DNA of 64,000 nucleotides from Eledone cirrhosa (Eukaryota): NCBI GenBank assembly GCA_964016885.1, contig OZ024740.1, positions 268,708,001 to 268,772,000 of the forward strand, read 5' to 3'. Shown piece by piece: positions 1 to 13,626 of this stretch (position 1 is its first letter; each line of letters starts with the position of its first letter). The notes under the pieces were generated by a model. It saw only the letters and a program-made list of their open reading frames with translations, ran no database searches and was not told where the DNA came from. The position numbers and the translations under genes were made by a program.

Positions 1-701
1 TTTAATTTTTCAGTTTCTAAAGGAATAATATTCATTATAACATTTTAATAGTTTATATTTCAATTTCCATGTAAAATATCGACAAAGATTTTTCACATTT
101 TTTAAAATAACGCAGCAAAATATTGATTCTAAAATTGACGCAAGGTCATATACATGTTCTGTAGGATAGTGAAGGGTATAGGCAGATTAAATCAACCCCC
201 GCAGTTTATTTATTCAACCACAGAAGGATAAACGGTGAAGTTGCTCTCAGCAAGATTTGAACTCAACATAGAAAATTGTGACTAAGATTTAGCAAAGCAA
301 TATTTCAGGCGCTCTATCATACCATCTCATTCCCTTAATGCTGGGTAATATTTACAAAACGCTGAGTATCTTCTTATCAAAGAAGGTGGCAAAGTAGGTA
401 TCAGTTGTTAAGTAGGTATCAGTTGTTAAGGGAATTTTCAGTACCAGAGTGACTTTGCTTCTCAGTTTTGATGGCCAATCACTAATGTCTATTTAATCAA
501 CAACAGGCCTTCCCTGAATTTGAATTCGTGTCTATATAATAATCAGTGGTTAATAAGTCAGATCTGCACTCATGTAGATCTGCGATCGATCCTACTGCAC
601 AGCGCATTGGACAATTATCTTCTAATATAGCCAGAAACATTTTCTCAGATATCTCAGTGATTCACACTCGCCTCTCTCCCCCCCTCTCTCTCCCCCTCCC
701 C

Positions 702-748
<47 letters not shown>

Positions 749-906
749 ACGTTCGGATCTAGCAGTCGAAACGGCCGGAGCTCAGCCGTCGAGAACCTAA
801 CCTGAATCTGTTCATATTTTCATATATGTATATATATATATATAGGAAAATGTTAGACCCCGACGGCAGAGCTCAAGCCGTTTCGACGGCTATTTCTGGA
901 CTCGTT
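749..906. mobile_element. Two inverted PLE 3'-end remnants (partial HHR: GAAAC-ggc..gcc-GTC) in (TA)n
   Basis: 760-800 resembles the reverse complement of 852-891; same family as 51413-51545 and 57611-57746. Confidence 0.65.
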
Positions 907-919
907 ATATATATGTTGT

Positions 920-1168
<249 letters not shown>

Positions 1169-1533
1169 GCAAAATACTCAGGTTGTTATAATCTACTAAA
1201 AAATGTCAAAGCAACGATCTTACATGGCTACAGTCCAATAACCAAAGGAAGCGGACAAAAGTGTAGAAAATTGTTATGAGCACATTTCTGTCTTTGTTTA
1301 TGGTCTGAAACCAGGAGAAAATTGATAGTTTAGGATAGAGACATTGAAAGAGATTAAGCGCATGATAAGGAAACATAAGAGTAATTCAGTGTCAAAAGGA
1401 AGTTGGGAGCTATCGGGAAATCAATGGAAAGATTAGAAAATAGACACAAATAAAACAGAGAGAGAGAGAGAGTGATAGATAGATAGATAGATAGAGAGAG
1501 AGAACGAGAGAGAGAGCGAAGGAGAGAGAGCGA

Positions 1534-1595
<62 letters not shown>

Positions 1596-1619
1596 CATTT
1601 TGTTCCAAACGGATTTACG

Positions 1620-4135
1620 ACTAACATTTAAATTCTATCTAAGCACTAATCTAGGACAGGCCATCCAACAGGCCTCCAAAGTTGAATTTATCACTGCTTG
1701 GATTATCGATCTTCTTCTCGCCTATGTCGCAGTTGCAATTATATGATGTCACCCAGGCGTTGTAACCAACTCACGGTAGTGGGATTAAGGTGTGTGAGGT
1801 CCATATACTCATGGATGCGGTGATAACTCAGTATACGTTCACCAATCTATTCTGGCGAGCCAGCCTGGCAAGCAGCTGAAGAACACGGTTCCAAGCGGTG
1901 TATGGCTAATTTGAACCGGCCGACACCCGTGTGTAGCCGATTCAGGGACACCCATTTCTTCCGAGAGAGTATAGCGCATAGGTAGTATTGGGATTGACAC
2001 TCAATTGAGCGGGTCGAGCTGCCGGTTACCAGCTAGTTCTTTACGTCCTAATCCTGCTGAAATTTAAGTTTTGCAATTTTGCTGCGTGACGAGAAAAATG
2101 GTGGTGTGACATCTAAAGACATTGGTCCTGCAGCTGAGAATTCTCAGCAATATCGTGGAGTGGAAGACTTGGGTCTATTGAGGCCTTGGTTACTAACCTA
2201 TATTTATGATGCTCTATACGAAGGGGAGTGTGAGAGCACACGTAGATACTCAGTTGTAGGACGAAGACATCTGGTGATATCGTTCTGGAATCTATCTAGC
2301 TTCTTAGTGTGGGAACGCCTGCATCCTATAGGAGAGGCATACGTCGCAGCACTGTAGACAACGGCTAGGGCACTGGTTGGTAAGGTGGATGTGCTAGCAC
2401 ACATGATGAGCCTGCCTAGTGGCGTAAAAAGTTGTTCCTCGGAGACAACCTTTGCACTAATGGTTCTATCTGTAGGTCATCTGTCGATCCAATTTCACTC
2501 TGAGATTGGTTGGTGTGGCGTTATTTGGCATGTGTATGCCATCGATGTTAATGGAGAGCTTGCAATTGGCCTCCTCGGTATTTAGAAGGAATGTCGTTAC
2601 AGTCATCTTTTCCATATTCACTTTCATCCCCATGTCTTGAAATATGTTGCCAGTTTTATTATGTCTGCCCTTAATACGCTCTGTACTTTAGATCAAACTC
2701 TATTGAAGCAGAGATGTGCGAGATCGTATATAACGCCATATTACAGTGATGCTGTTTGGGATATATTACATGGAGGATGGTATCGAGCATTGAGGCATTC
2801 CATTACGAAGGCAGAGCAGTCTGCTTGTCTTCAGGAAAAAGCTTCGGTTGGGTAAGATATTGTTGATAAACTGAACCGTATGACGGCCAGGAATTGTTCT
2901 TAGTAACTTCAGAGTTAGGTCCTGGTGTCTCACAGGCTGCGGTGAGGTCAACCAGTATAATGCTAGCCTTGATGCCCTTTTCGAAGCTGTCTCCGTGCAG
3001 TTTGACGATTTGACGTACTATCCTACTGTTATGGCAAATAATCCGCTCACTCATCTGGTTGTGGTTTTACTATTCGTTCCAGTCTGGTTGAAGAAGTTGT
3101 TCCATAAGTTTGAAGGGCACACACGGGAAGGAGATTAGTTAAAGTTCTTTGGAGCATCTTTGGATCATCTACATGTCTTTGGTATGGTTTGGTTGATGAA
3201 ACTGCAAGAGTAAAACTCTCCCAGCCATTCCTGGCATCTTGCTTCGCATTGTATCAAGAATTCTGGGATGATGTTGTCGGATCCCTGGGCTTTACCACTA
3301 TTGAGTTGACCTGTGACTGCGGCTAGCTTATTTTGAGAAAAGGGAGTAGACAGAAATCCATACGCTCCTGAAGCTTACCAGAAGTTGGTGGTTTCTTGTT
3401 TCACAAAGCGGGTGTAGTTCTTGGCTGTATTCTTGAAACACCAGTATTGAAGGAATTGTTCAACCATAGAGTTAGCTGATACAGGTCATATTGTAGATTT
3501 AGAACTGCGGCCAGTGAGGCGTTTCAGTGTCTTACAGCAATTCTACTAGAGTGGGTAAATTGTATCTCTTGAACCGTTTCTGCCAAACGCTCTCAGCGTA
3601 TCCTGTCTGGGCAGTCGATCAGGTTTGATGCCTTGGTAGATGCATCTTCCCTATGAGCCACGTGCAGTCTCGTCGAATAGAGTATTACATTCTTCGTCCA
3701 AGATGGGGATGTAACATCAACGAAAGACGCGTGGAATAGAGTTATTTGTTGCCTTGATGAAAGGTTTACAGAAATCTGAGTTAACACCGTTAAGGTTTGA
3801 TCGGTCAGATGTAGGAAGAGTAGACACTTCCGTATTTATCTCTTTTGGAAACTGTTCTCTGTTGGCCTTATGGAAATTCCAATTGATGTTGTAATTGGTT
3901 TCACCTGATTATCTGGAATGATCAGAAAAGGTGAGCGTTTTTGATTTTGGAAAGCAGTCCAGGTTTATGCGATGCAGGGATGGGCCTTTAAGATTGGAGA
4001 AAATGATGTTGGGTTGTGAGATTGTAGTCCATCTGCCTGAATGGGGCTGTCCGGATGTTTAGCGTCGAAAGGTATTTGTAGTCCAGCTGTCGAGGACCAA
4101 ACCTCTGCTGCAGCGCTATCAGGAATGGAGATCTA
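1620..4135 (-). mobile_element. Degraded Daphne/L2-group LINE (RT and C-terminus)
   Basis: Minus-strand peptides ALAVVYSAATYASP..SHTKKLD..ITRCLRPT, ILVDLTAA and WVSLNRLHTGVGRF, with many stops and frameshifts. Confidence 0.75.
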
Positions 4136-4417
4136 GCTAGCAATGGAAATGACAAATAGTTGAACGTGAATAAATAAAACATTAGAGACTATGTGGATAT
4201 AAAGAGCTAAGTTTGTTTGTGGTTGGTAGATATATTAAAATCATTAGGTGGAGAAGTAAAGCACGATTTTTAAATTTACAAATGAGAAAAACATTGTACT
4301 CAGGAATATAGAATTTAGCAGATAATAGATATAATTTTAAGTTAATGCATAAATCAATGAATAAAAACGTTTTAAAATTAATATCACATAAACTGGCTTT
4401 CCGTCGGTTACAACGGC

Positions 4418-4700
4418 GAGTGTCCCATTTGATACGATCAAGGGAACATCCTGCTCATGAAATTAACATGCAGGTGGCTGAGCATTCTCCAGACACGCGT
4501 GCCCTTAAAGTAGTTCTTAGGGAGATTCAGCATGATACAGAATGTGACAAGGCCGGCCCTTCGAATTACAGGTACAACCCATTTTTTCCAGATGAGTGGA
4601 CTGGAACAACATGAAATAAAATGTCTTGCTCAAGGACATAACACCAAGCCGGGAATCGAACTCACGACCTTACGATTGTGAGCCGAATCCCTAACCACAT
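4418..4700 (-). mobile_element. tRNA-derived SINE, second family (ccttgagcaagaca central block)
   Basis: Minus strand shows A-box-like gtggttagg and B-box gagttcgattccc, then gtccttgagcaagacatt; internally deleted relative at ~33140-33285. Confidence 0.7.
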
Positions 4701-4984
4701 AGAGGCGCTCAAAACTTAATATTCATTAAATAATTACATCAAGAAAAATTCTTTAGATTTTGAAGTTAATGAATAAACGATTCTTAAAAAAATTAAATCA
4801 GAAATAATGTTTTTAACTTAATGATTATAAAACAATTGATTCAAAGATAATATTTTAAAGTTAATAATTTTTAAATCATTAAATCGGGGATAACAATCTT
4901 GACGAAGTGGAATGGGGAAATAATTGAACTGAGAAATTTAGAAAACGATTTTTAAGTAAATGAAAAAATATAAATTAAGAGAAT

Positions 4985-5395
4985 AAGCGGCGAGTTGTTA
5001 GTGCATCTACAATACTTTGCGGTGCTGGTACATCCACCCTACGTAGCAGTGCCCTTGCCATTGTGTACTGTGCTGCGAAGTATGCCGCTCCTGTATGGTA
5101 CAGGCCGCTCCTGTATGGTATAGGATCTCCCACTCTAAGAAGCTAGTTAGAGCCCAGAACGATATCTTAAGACATTGGATGTCTCAGTCCTACAACTGGG
5201 TATCTACGAGTGCTCTCAAGCAATACTTTGAAGAAGAAAAAGAAAATCAATACTTTGTGTTAGGGCACCAACAATACTTCGAGGCAATCATTTTCAATAT
5301 TCGTTCCGACACTTTGAGTTCAAATCCCGCCATATCTTCGAGTAAATGTATACAGTACCAGTCCAATACAGGGATCGACTTTCTCTCCCAATTTC
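4985..5395 (+). mobile_element. Old Meta-type SINE interrupted by a Daphne LINE fragment (~5024-5290)
   Basis: SINE head at 4985 and B-box/gtaccag block at 5315-5390 flank the peptide TLRSSALAIVYCAAKYAAPVWY..SHSKKL. Confidence 0.55.
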
Positions 5396-5396
5396 T

Positions 5397-5460
<64 letters not shown>

Positions 5461-5466
5461 CTCTCT

Positions 5467-5516
<50 letters not shown>

Positions 5517-6249
5517 AGAAGAAGAAGAAGAAGAAGAAGAAGAAGAAGAAGAAGAAGAAATTAACTGTGGTCAACTCTAAAGACGGATTGATACGGCATG
5601 GCTTAAATTTTAAATGCGCAAAAATTATCTTATGTTAAGTGCTGTGTAATAATAAATAAATACAAATAGAAGGGGATTTCAGGTTAGTAGCAAGATGTGG
5701 AAAAAGAGATAAGGATGTGTGCCTGTGAAAGCTAGATAAGATAGTTTGTTTAAAGAATTCTATTCAAGGACATGAATTTTGTTGAGTTAGTAGATTGTAG
5801 AGAGAATTGTAGTCAGAGAATTTTTTAAATTCCAGGTGAAGTAGATAGGTTTATGTTTAAGTTTATAAATAAAAAAGAATAATTGTGAAGTTAATGTGTA
5901 AGAATGATAATTATTATACAATTAAATAAAAGAAAACTTTCAAATGGTCATGTATTGATTCAAGGATAATTCTCAAATTGTAGTAAATGAGGAAAGTGTT
6001 CCGAAGAGATAGGAAAAATACGTTTCTTAATGATATTAAGAAAGTAAATGAGTAAAGTAAAACCAAAACACTCTAAATTCTAAATTCAAAATGTAATAAA
6101 CTTGTAACGAATTCTATTCTATTAATAAAATGTAAATTAAGGAAAATTCTTAAAATTTTAGCCTGTAATACACGACAAAAAAAGTGTCGTCAGAATTTAG
6201 ATTTAAAAACATGATTAGCATAATTTGTTGATAATAATTATTGCTCCAA

Positions 6250-6370
6250 CTGGCACAAGGTCAGAAATTTGAAGGGAAGGAGAAAGTCGATTAAATAAAC
6301 CCAATCGGGTATTGGTGCTTTATTTTCTCAACCTCGTGAGTATGAAAGGCAAAGACGGGATTCGCACGAT
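6250..6370 (-). mobile_element. Degraded Meta-type SINE
   Basis: ggcacaagg...tgaaaggcaaag matches the reverse complement of the younger copies. Confidence 0.6.
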
Positions 6371-7159
6371 TCTTAAAGAGTAAGAAACAGTAACAGGAGT
6401 GAAAATTAACCAGGAAAATCGGTGGGCTTGTGGGTCGGCACTTGGAGAGACAGGTCCATTCCATTCAATAGCGTAATCGGGCGCTTGAAAATTGGATCGG
6501 GTCTGGTTTGGTCCAAACCTCGTAATGGACAAAATCAGGTAAGAGGTAATGAGCAGGTGGGCCACTTCCACCCTGAAATAGGCCGAGAGGAAAGTATCCC
6601 TGAAAGGTTGGGTAGAGATAGCAACCGCATACATCGCATCTGCCATCTACTACCACTTGACCGGCGTGCTTTGTCGTAGTCCACGTCTGACTGCTAGGGA
6701 GCGTTTGCTCTTTCACCTATTGTAAAAGGGACGCGTGCCAATGATCAAGCAATCTCTTTGCTGCCAACAACCACTGTGCTGGGGACTGGCCATGCCATGG
6801 CAGTTGATGCGCTGCGGATATGTCATTTACAGCTTTTCCTTCATGGTGAACCGGAATGGTCACCGTTTGATACACGCGTGATTCCACAGCGCATCTTAAG
6901 AGCTGCAGCCATGGGTCATACAAAGACCGAGAGGGAGCGTTTGGAAACTAGAACGTCTTCAAGGGCTTACATTTCTCTGTCTATCGAGCTGCGCAACCGA
7001 TATAAACTCCAACCGGGCGTTCTATGGGGGCTTAGAGGCAGGTAAAAGCGATGATTTTGTTCTTTTCTTCTTCGAATGTAAAGTAGTTTTATATCTATTT
7101 CAGGGTGATGAATTCTATTTATTCTCAACAATTTCCGAAGTTTTCTATTTAATTTACTA

Positions 7160-7770
7160 ATTTCATTACTTGAAACTATAACGTACGACCGGTATGGCTA
7201 AAGTATTAATTGCTTTAGTCCTGTTTCTTGCGTATTGCCCTCACTCTGCGATGGCAATCTTTTCTGACCCTTTCTCTCATTGTTGAGTGTATATTTCCAT
7301 CTGCTTGATATGCCCCCAAGTATTTGTAACCTTCCTTTGGTTCTAACACTTTTAAGCTGTTTGTTCATCAAGTTCAACGATGGTTGTTTTTTAACAGTTT
7401 CCCTCTAGTGATGGTAGCTTGTGCGCTTTATCAAGGCTAAATTCCATCCCAATGGAAACATTCAACTGCTTTACATCTGATAGTATGCCTTGTAGTTGCT
7501 GGTTATTTTTGGTGAAGAGTTTTCAATCATCCATGTAAAAAGGACCTTCATATCCTTCTATATTTGCTTTCTCATAAATCGTATAACCATATTTTATTTC
7601 ACTGAGTAATAATCTGGGTAGAGGTATCGGAGCTATACACAAGAAGAATTGTGATAGAGAATCACCCTGAAAAATGCAACACAAGATTTCAACACATCCC
7701 TCGCATTCAGAGATTTCTTGTCATTATTCAAAATCTGTGTACCTTTCCATGATCTCATACGAAAAATGAG
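7160..7770 (-). mobile_element. Degraded Dong/R4 LINE RT fragment
   Basis: Minus-strand IFQGDSLS, FYMDD and KAINTLAIPVVRYSF motifs. Confidence 0.75.
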
Positions 7771-8270
7771 AACACGAAGTCGTTTATTTTTTGTAGAGGT
7801 CTAGTCCCCCATTGAATTGATTTTAGTACGTGCCAGGTTTATTTGCACTAATGAGGAGAAAATGTGTGATCACTACAGAGCATTCAAATGCCAAATAATT
7901 CTCAAACTATACCTTTCCACTTTAAATATCAATGGACACATAGGACAATGTATTGCTAGATTCAATATACTCAAAACTATGATGGATATAGTCGCGAATT
8001 CGATCGTAAGCCTGCTCGATCAGATTTAATTTGGGATTAAACAACAAATGCTATATACTTTTTCAATCGCAGAAAGATGAAAATATAGTAAAACTTGTGA
8101 GCATTTGAATTAAGAATGGAAAGTTATATAAATGGATTATTAGATCATCTGGTCATTATTTTGTATGAAGTACTGTCACCAACCTAGAGAAAGTAATGAG
8201 AATTCTCACAATCTATTGCGTGCACCACTATAGAATATATCTTTCTGTACTGTCAACGTAACTTAGCTTG

Positions 8271-8373
8271 ATGGATACCATCATTCTTCAAGTGATATCG
8301 ATTGAAACTCAGAATCGAAAACTAAGGATACGATATGTTCATAACTTTTCCATCGCTACCGCTGCTTACTCTG
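8271..8373 (+). CDS. Tentative first coding exon of the host gene (MDTIILQVISIETQNRKLRIRYVHNFSIATAAYS)
   Basis: ATG at 8271 after an in-frame TAA; open frame to a G|gtaatt donor that is phase 1, matching the phase-1 acceptor at 8647. No homology support. Confidence 0.3.
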
Positions 8374-8646
8374 GTAATTTATATTTGCCTTAGCATTTAT
8401 AACTAGGCAGATTGTTTTGTTTGAGCATTCATGTTGCTGGTCACAGAGAAAACGTTACTGATGAAAGGAGATAAGCTACCGGCTTCTTGGTACCTAATCA
8501 ACTTGGCCGCTTGTACTTTCTTGAGAACACATCTCTACATGTTGGCTTATGTCTCAAATGTTACATGATAAGAGAACAGGGTTATGTAAACTTCAAGATG
8601 ATCCCTAGCACATGTAATTAAACTATATATATACTTGATATTTCAG

Positions 8647-8852
8647 ATGGGGCGTCTTCGGCGGATGGGGGACGGAATGAGGCAAACGGTATTAGTACAA
8701 TTGGTCAGATCTTGAAGACAATTCGTAGGGCCTTTGAAGTTGACACTACAGTAACCAATAGTTCAGAAAGAATACCATACCATACTTCCCTTGCTGCTCA
8801 ATATGGTAATTTGACATCTGAATCTGTGAAAACCATTGACAACAAGTTAAAG
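8647..8852 (+). CDS. Host gene internal exon (DGASSADGGRNEANG...AQYGNLTSESVKTIDNKLK)
   Basis: tttcag acceptor and AAG|gtaatt donor; open frame (contains ORF 8712..8927); ends phase 0 and joins the next exon. Confidence 0.8.
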
Positions 8853-9556
8853 GTAATTTTTTCAAACACTTGTCTGATAATTGTGAAACAAAGTAGGCTG
8901 CTTCAGGAAGGAGTGTTCGTTGCTTAATTCCCTTTTTTCTTATTTTCCTCTCTTTGTTTTGGTTCCTTATCTATATTTTTTTTACTACTGGATAATTTGT
9001 ATTGTAATAAATTCTATGCCTTGCGAATTGAAGATTTATCTGTCAGACGGACGGATCTTTTAATTCGGTCTTTTCTGTATTTCAATAGCGTTTTTATTCA
9101 GAAATGTGAACAATTGTCTGTCTAGTGTTGAAAGAATTTGCATTTTGTATAGATGCCTGTGAGAAACTTAAAATATTCATAATGGCGAAGTAACTTTGAA
9201 CAGATTTCGAATCGAATTCATGATCTCGAATCTTTATAATAATGGAAATAATAACACCTGTCTAACAACGTCAAAAAATATAGATGTAAACGTAAAGTAA
9301 GGAGATGGCATAATGTTAATGTTTTAATGAAAATTGTTAAAGCATGTTAACGTGTTGAGAATCGACAGAGCCCGTCGAAGGAAGTAACTCCGAGGTGAAT
9401 TGGCTGTTGCAGCTGGTGTCAAGGTCTATTTAAGAAGTATTTATGCAGTCGCATTAACAATAGTACGTTTGCGATACCGGAGATACAGATATATTTGATA
9501 CATAAATACTGACAGCAACCGTAGTAGTAGTAGTAGTGGTAGTGGTAGTGGTGGTG

Positions 9557-9588
<32 letters not shown>

Positions 9589-9959
9589 TATCACCTGTAC
9601 GCAACCAAGATAGCTCTCGTCAATCAAGCATAGTTTCTCTGTAAATAAACGTTGAAATCATGTTCCAATGAGAACACGATAAACTATTTTCTTGGTATCA
9701 CGAAAAACATAACCCCAGTACAAGCTATGCTGGACTTAACGATAAGCTAAATGAACTATTGACGCACCCTCGTGTATCTCATTTTATTAAAATATATATT
9801 TATTTTATCATTAGCTTTTATTTTTAATACTAAACTATGACGAGAATACTGTCCCTACGCACGAACAAATAACATAGTCACAGCTACAATCCCACGACTA
9901 AGAACGTATTCCAGAGAAGGATAGAAAGCGAGAAGGGTGAAATGAGAAAGCGGTATAGA

Positions 9960-10075
9960 GGTGGAATCGACACCAGTACTAGTCAGGTACTTTTTTTTAT
10001 TGACTTCGAATTAATGAAAGGCAAATTTGATCACGGCTGGATTTGAACTCAGAAAACAGAGAGCCGAATCGAATA
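9960..10075 (-). mobile_element. Degraded Meta-type SINE
   Basis: ggtact...atgaaaggcaaa...gatttgaactcaga. Confidence 0.6.
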
Positions 10076-10496
10076 CACTGCATACAAGAAATAAAAATAA
10101 ATATGTGACTGATTGGCAAATATTCACTAATCAAAATGTTTTAAACACTGGCTCTCATACATTTTAGAACTACCTCTTTGCCTTAGTTCTTTCTATATAA
10201 GTTTATATTAGTTCAAAACGAATTAGAACATATCGATCTCATCAGTGGGATGGCTTGCAACATTTATTACTGCTTTTTCTCCGCTCTACGTTTCCAGATA
10301 GTGTTGTATTACCCAATGTTTTATTTCCTTACGTAAGTCTCTGCGGTCTTATTTGAGCGTGATATTTCTTATTGGTTGAGCAACCATCAAATTCTTAACA
10401 TTACATTCGTTCGTTTTTCTTTTTCTTTTTGGTCCTTCTTTTATTGATTTGTTTCTTTTGTAAATAATTTAAGTTTTCATAAATAATTAGATAAAT

Positions 10497-10687
10497 AATT
10501 GTTTCTACTATTGGCACAAGGCCAGCAATTACTCAGTACATTACTGGTACTTTATTTTATCGACCTCGTAAGGATGAAAGGCAAAGTTAACCTCGGTGCG
10601 ATTTGAACTCAGAATGGCAAGGGCCGTAACTCTATGCGTCAAAGCATGGCGTCCGACCCTCTACCAATCCTGCCAGTTCACCACCCT
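10497..10687 (-). mobile_element. Meta-domain tRNA-SINE, full length, with TSD taattagataaataat
   Basis: A/B boxes, ttgcctttcatcc..gtcgataaaataaagtaccag core; direct repeat on both sides. Confidence 0.85.
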
Positions 10688-10859
10688 TTAATTAGATAAA
10701 TAATGAAAATAAAGGGGAAGGGTGAAAAGAGCAGATATAGCTGTAAAGGAAAGTAAAGAAAAGGGCTATAAATGCCACAAATAAGAAGAAAACGGAGGAA
10801 AGATCATGGAATATTAGACTACGGAAGAAAGAGAGGAGGTAGGGGAGATGGTGACAGAC

Positions 10860-11755
10860 TCTACTTTCTAGATCGGCCCAGCGTCTCGACTCCGCCTCGC
10901 AGACAACATTGCAAGAGCATTTTCGCGGACAATAGCCAGCGACACCCGCTGCAACAGCCGCCCTATATCGTGAAGCTCTTTCCTCATACGGGCTGAGGAC
11001 ATTCCAATTTCATGGATGAGCTCGGTTGTACGGGGTCCCAAGACACATGAGGTCTTGATGGTGACTGGTGGAAATGTTTTGTTAATGTTGTTTGGAAAGA
11101 GACATAATATTAGGTAGGCTTGTGTAAACAAAAGGGTCGTATTTTCGAAAAGAAATAATAATTTTTGATTCTTTAATATAACTAGAGATTAACTATATCA
11201 CTTTATATTATGCAAAACTAAATGATTTGGCCACCCCTAACCCTGCAAAGCCAACTAGGACCTTAAACAAAGAACAATCTTGTAAATGAAGAATAATGTG
11301 ACTTTTAACTACGTTTTTAAAGCGTTTACAATTTGTTGGACACCAGGTCCGAACACAGAGGAACGAACTCCCACCATCATCGCCTTCATCTCTCCCGGCC
11401 ACGCCATCTCTCACCATTATGAGCAAATGGTGTCCCACGTCCTGATCACACCACGCCTGGGCGGACAGAATGGAGAAGGCGAGGCGTCTCTCCGGAGGAT
11501 GGTAAGGGAGATGCGCTGTAAGAGCTATTCTATCTCGCTAGGTTTACACCTGCGGTTAGCCAGCTCAGCGCCTATGGTGGTAAGTATGGAGGTAGCCCTA
11601 GGGCCAAGGACACCAGAAGTCTCCACTGCTAGGGGATCGACTGCAAACCTGTAGGAGAGCGACCGTTACTTGGAGAGTTTGCCCACCTCAGCCCGAAGTA
11701 CAGCAGAACCTGGGTTAGTCACAGACTGCACCAGCTTGCGGCTGGAGAATGTAAA
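10860..11755 (-). mobile_element. Two CRE-clade non-LTR 3' fragments (10860-11075 and 11340-11755)
   Basis: Minus-strand TSCVLGP..LLQRVSLAIVRENA and PLAVETSGVLGP..LQRISLTIL, typical of the CRE restriction-like endonuclease C-terminus. Confidence 0.7.
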
Positions 11756-11858
11756 TGTTTTCAAACATATTTAATATAGAAGGTGGGGACTAAAACTTCA
11801 TATAAGTTTATTTTTGCTTTTTAATATCAGTAAAAAATCAGTCAAGAGAAACGTTACG

Positions 11859-12534
11859 TAGAACGGCTTAATAATCGGTTATTAACACTGCCGGCAAATA
11901 TAAATAACTTTGTATAAACGTAGTCCTAGATAGACTGTGGCTGAGAAAAATGACTGAATGATTATAGCTGGAATGCATTTGATCATATGCCTAGTTAACA
12001 AAGCCTGACTTGAAGGTAAACAATACTACATCCAGCACACGCAAAAAATACATACACATACATGTGTGCGTATATAAATTATGTATATATATATATATTT
12101 ATTAAAATAACAGATAAAGTTTAAGCAAAGAATCGCTGCTTTCACCCTTAACGGGATCTTCTGAAACTAAAAAAGTCAATCTGTGATCGCAGAAGTAAAT
12201 ATTTCAAAAGACGTTGCAATTGGAGGACGACAGGAAGACGATACTTTGGTTCGTGGAAACGTTCCCTGGCAAAGAACGGGGGAAAAACGAATATAATACG
12301 TCATTAATAGAAGCGGTGAAAAACAATTACACGCAAAGACAGGACCACGTTTATGGTATAAAAGAAGTCGTAGACAAATATGCTCTTAGGTGGTTCATAG
12401 ATACGTTCTCTGGCAATGAACGGAAAAAACGAAGATGATACGTCATTATATATATAAATATATATACAGAGAGAGGGAAAGAGAGAAATAGGATTTAGCT
12501 GTATATATGTATATATATATATACAGCTAAATCC

Positions 12535-12608
<74 letters not shown>

Positions 12609-12846
12609 CTAATTTATATACACACACATATAACTATATGGGAATATGTGTATGTATTTTTCGCGTGTACTGGCTGTAGTATTGTTTACCTTCAAGTCAG
12701 GCTTTGTTAACTAGGCATATGATCAAATACGTTCCAGCTATGATCATTCAATCATTTTTCTCAGCCACAGTCTATCTAGGACTACGGTTATACAAAGTTA
12801 TTTATATTTGCCGGCAGTGTTAATAACCGATTATTAAGCCGTTCTA
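11859..12846. repeat. Inverted duplication (~200 bp arms, 11859-12060 / 12644-12846) bracketing a PLE remnant and (TA)n
   Basis: tagaacggcttaataatcgg...aaatacatacacata versus its reverse complement, with few mismatches. Confidence 0.9.
12118..12168 (-). ncRNA. Hammerhead-like motif with variant core CAGAAGA
   Basis: agttt-CAGAAGA-tccc gttaa gggt-GAAA-gca..tgc-TT-aaact; stems I, II and III all pair. Confidence 0.55.
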
Positions 12847-13007
12847 TATATATATGTATATATATATCAAAGGTATATATTGAGTTAGAAACTCAAAACA
12901 GTCTCTTACAATAAAATAGCTCGAGGAAAGAGATTTTTCCGAGCCGTATAATATAATTGAACAAAAAAGAAAAACGAACACAGACAAATATATGTAATAT
13001 ATGCATT

Positions 13008-13061
<54 letters not shown>

Positions 13062-13192
13062 GATAAATCTACCAAGAGTTTACGGTAGTGTCCAATCCGT
13101 ATGAAGAACTCAATGTAATCCGGATATCATGGAAAGAAGAGATGCAATGAAAAATCACTTTCGGTGAAAGATAAACGGAATACAGAGTCAAG

Positions 13193-13605
13193 ATAAAATA
13201 TTAAAAAAATAATGAATAAAACAATGAAACAGTTCCTTATATTAAACAAAAAAAGTTCATTATTTAACGATCGTTTCTAGGATATATATGTGTTAGAATT
13301 GGCATGCATATTCAACAGATCTATGTACAAAATTATACAAAATTATACAAACTATCAAAATTAAATATACATACCAAACACATATATATGCCGTCTTCTG
13401 AAGACGGCATATATATGTGTTTGGTATGTATATTTAATTTTGATAGTTTGTATAATTTTGTATAATTTTGTACATAGATCTGTTGAATATGCATGCCAAT
13501 TCTAACACATATATATCCTAGAAACGATCGTTAAATAATGAACTTTTTTTGTTTAATATAAGGAACTGTTTCATTGTTTTATTCATTATTTTTTTAATAT
13601 TTTAT
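13193..13605. repeat. Apparently perfect palindrome, 206-bp arms, 1-nt spacer (centre 13399)
   Basis: gccgtcttc-t-gaagacggc centre; arms match by eye out to ataaaatatt/aatattttat; abuts (TA)n. Confidence 0.92.
13398..13537 (+). ncRNA. Hammerhead-like motif with ~115-nt stem II
   Basis: CTGAAGA at 13398; ggcatatatatgtgtt/aacacatatatatcc stem; GAAA-cgatcg-TT with palindromic stem III; 5' strand of stem I replaced by the fold-back. Confidence 0.5.
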
Positions 13606-13626
13606 ATATATATATATATATATATC

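Noticed and set aside
6400-7050. GC-richer block, possibly an RTE untranslated region
   Set aside because: No protein motif or second copy in the window to support a call.
7194-7270. Signal-peptide-like MAKVLIALVLFLAYCPHSAMA upstream of the host gene
   Set aside because: It is the antisense reading of a Dong/R4 motif (KAINTLAIPVVRYSF), and no suitable donor links it to the next exon.
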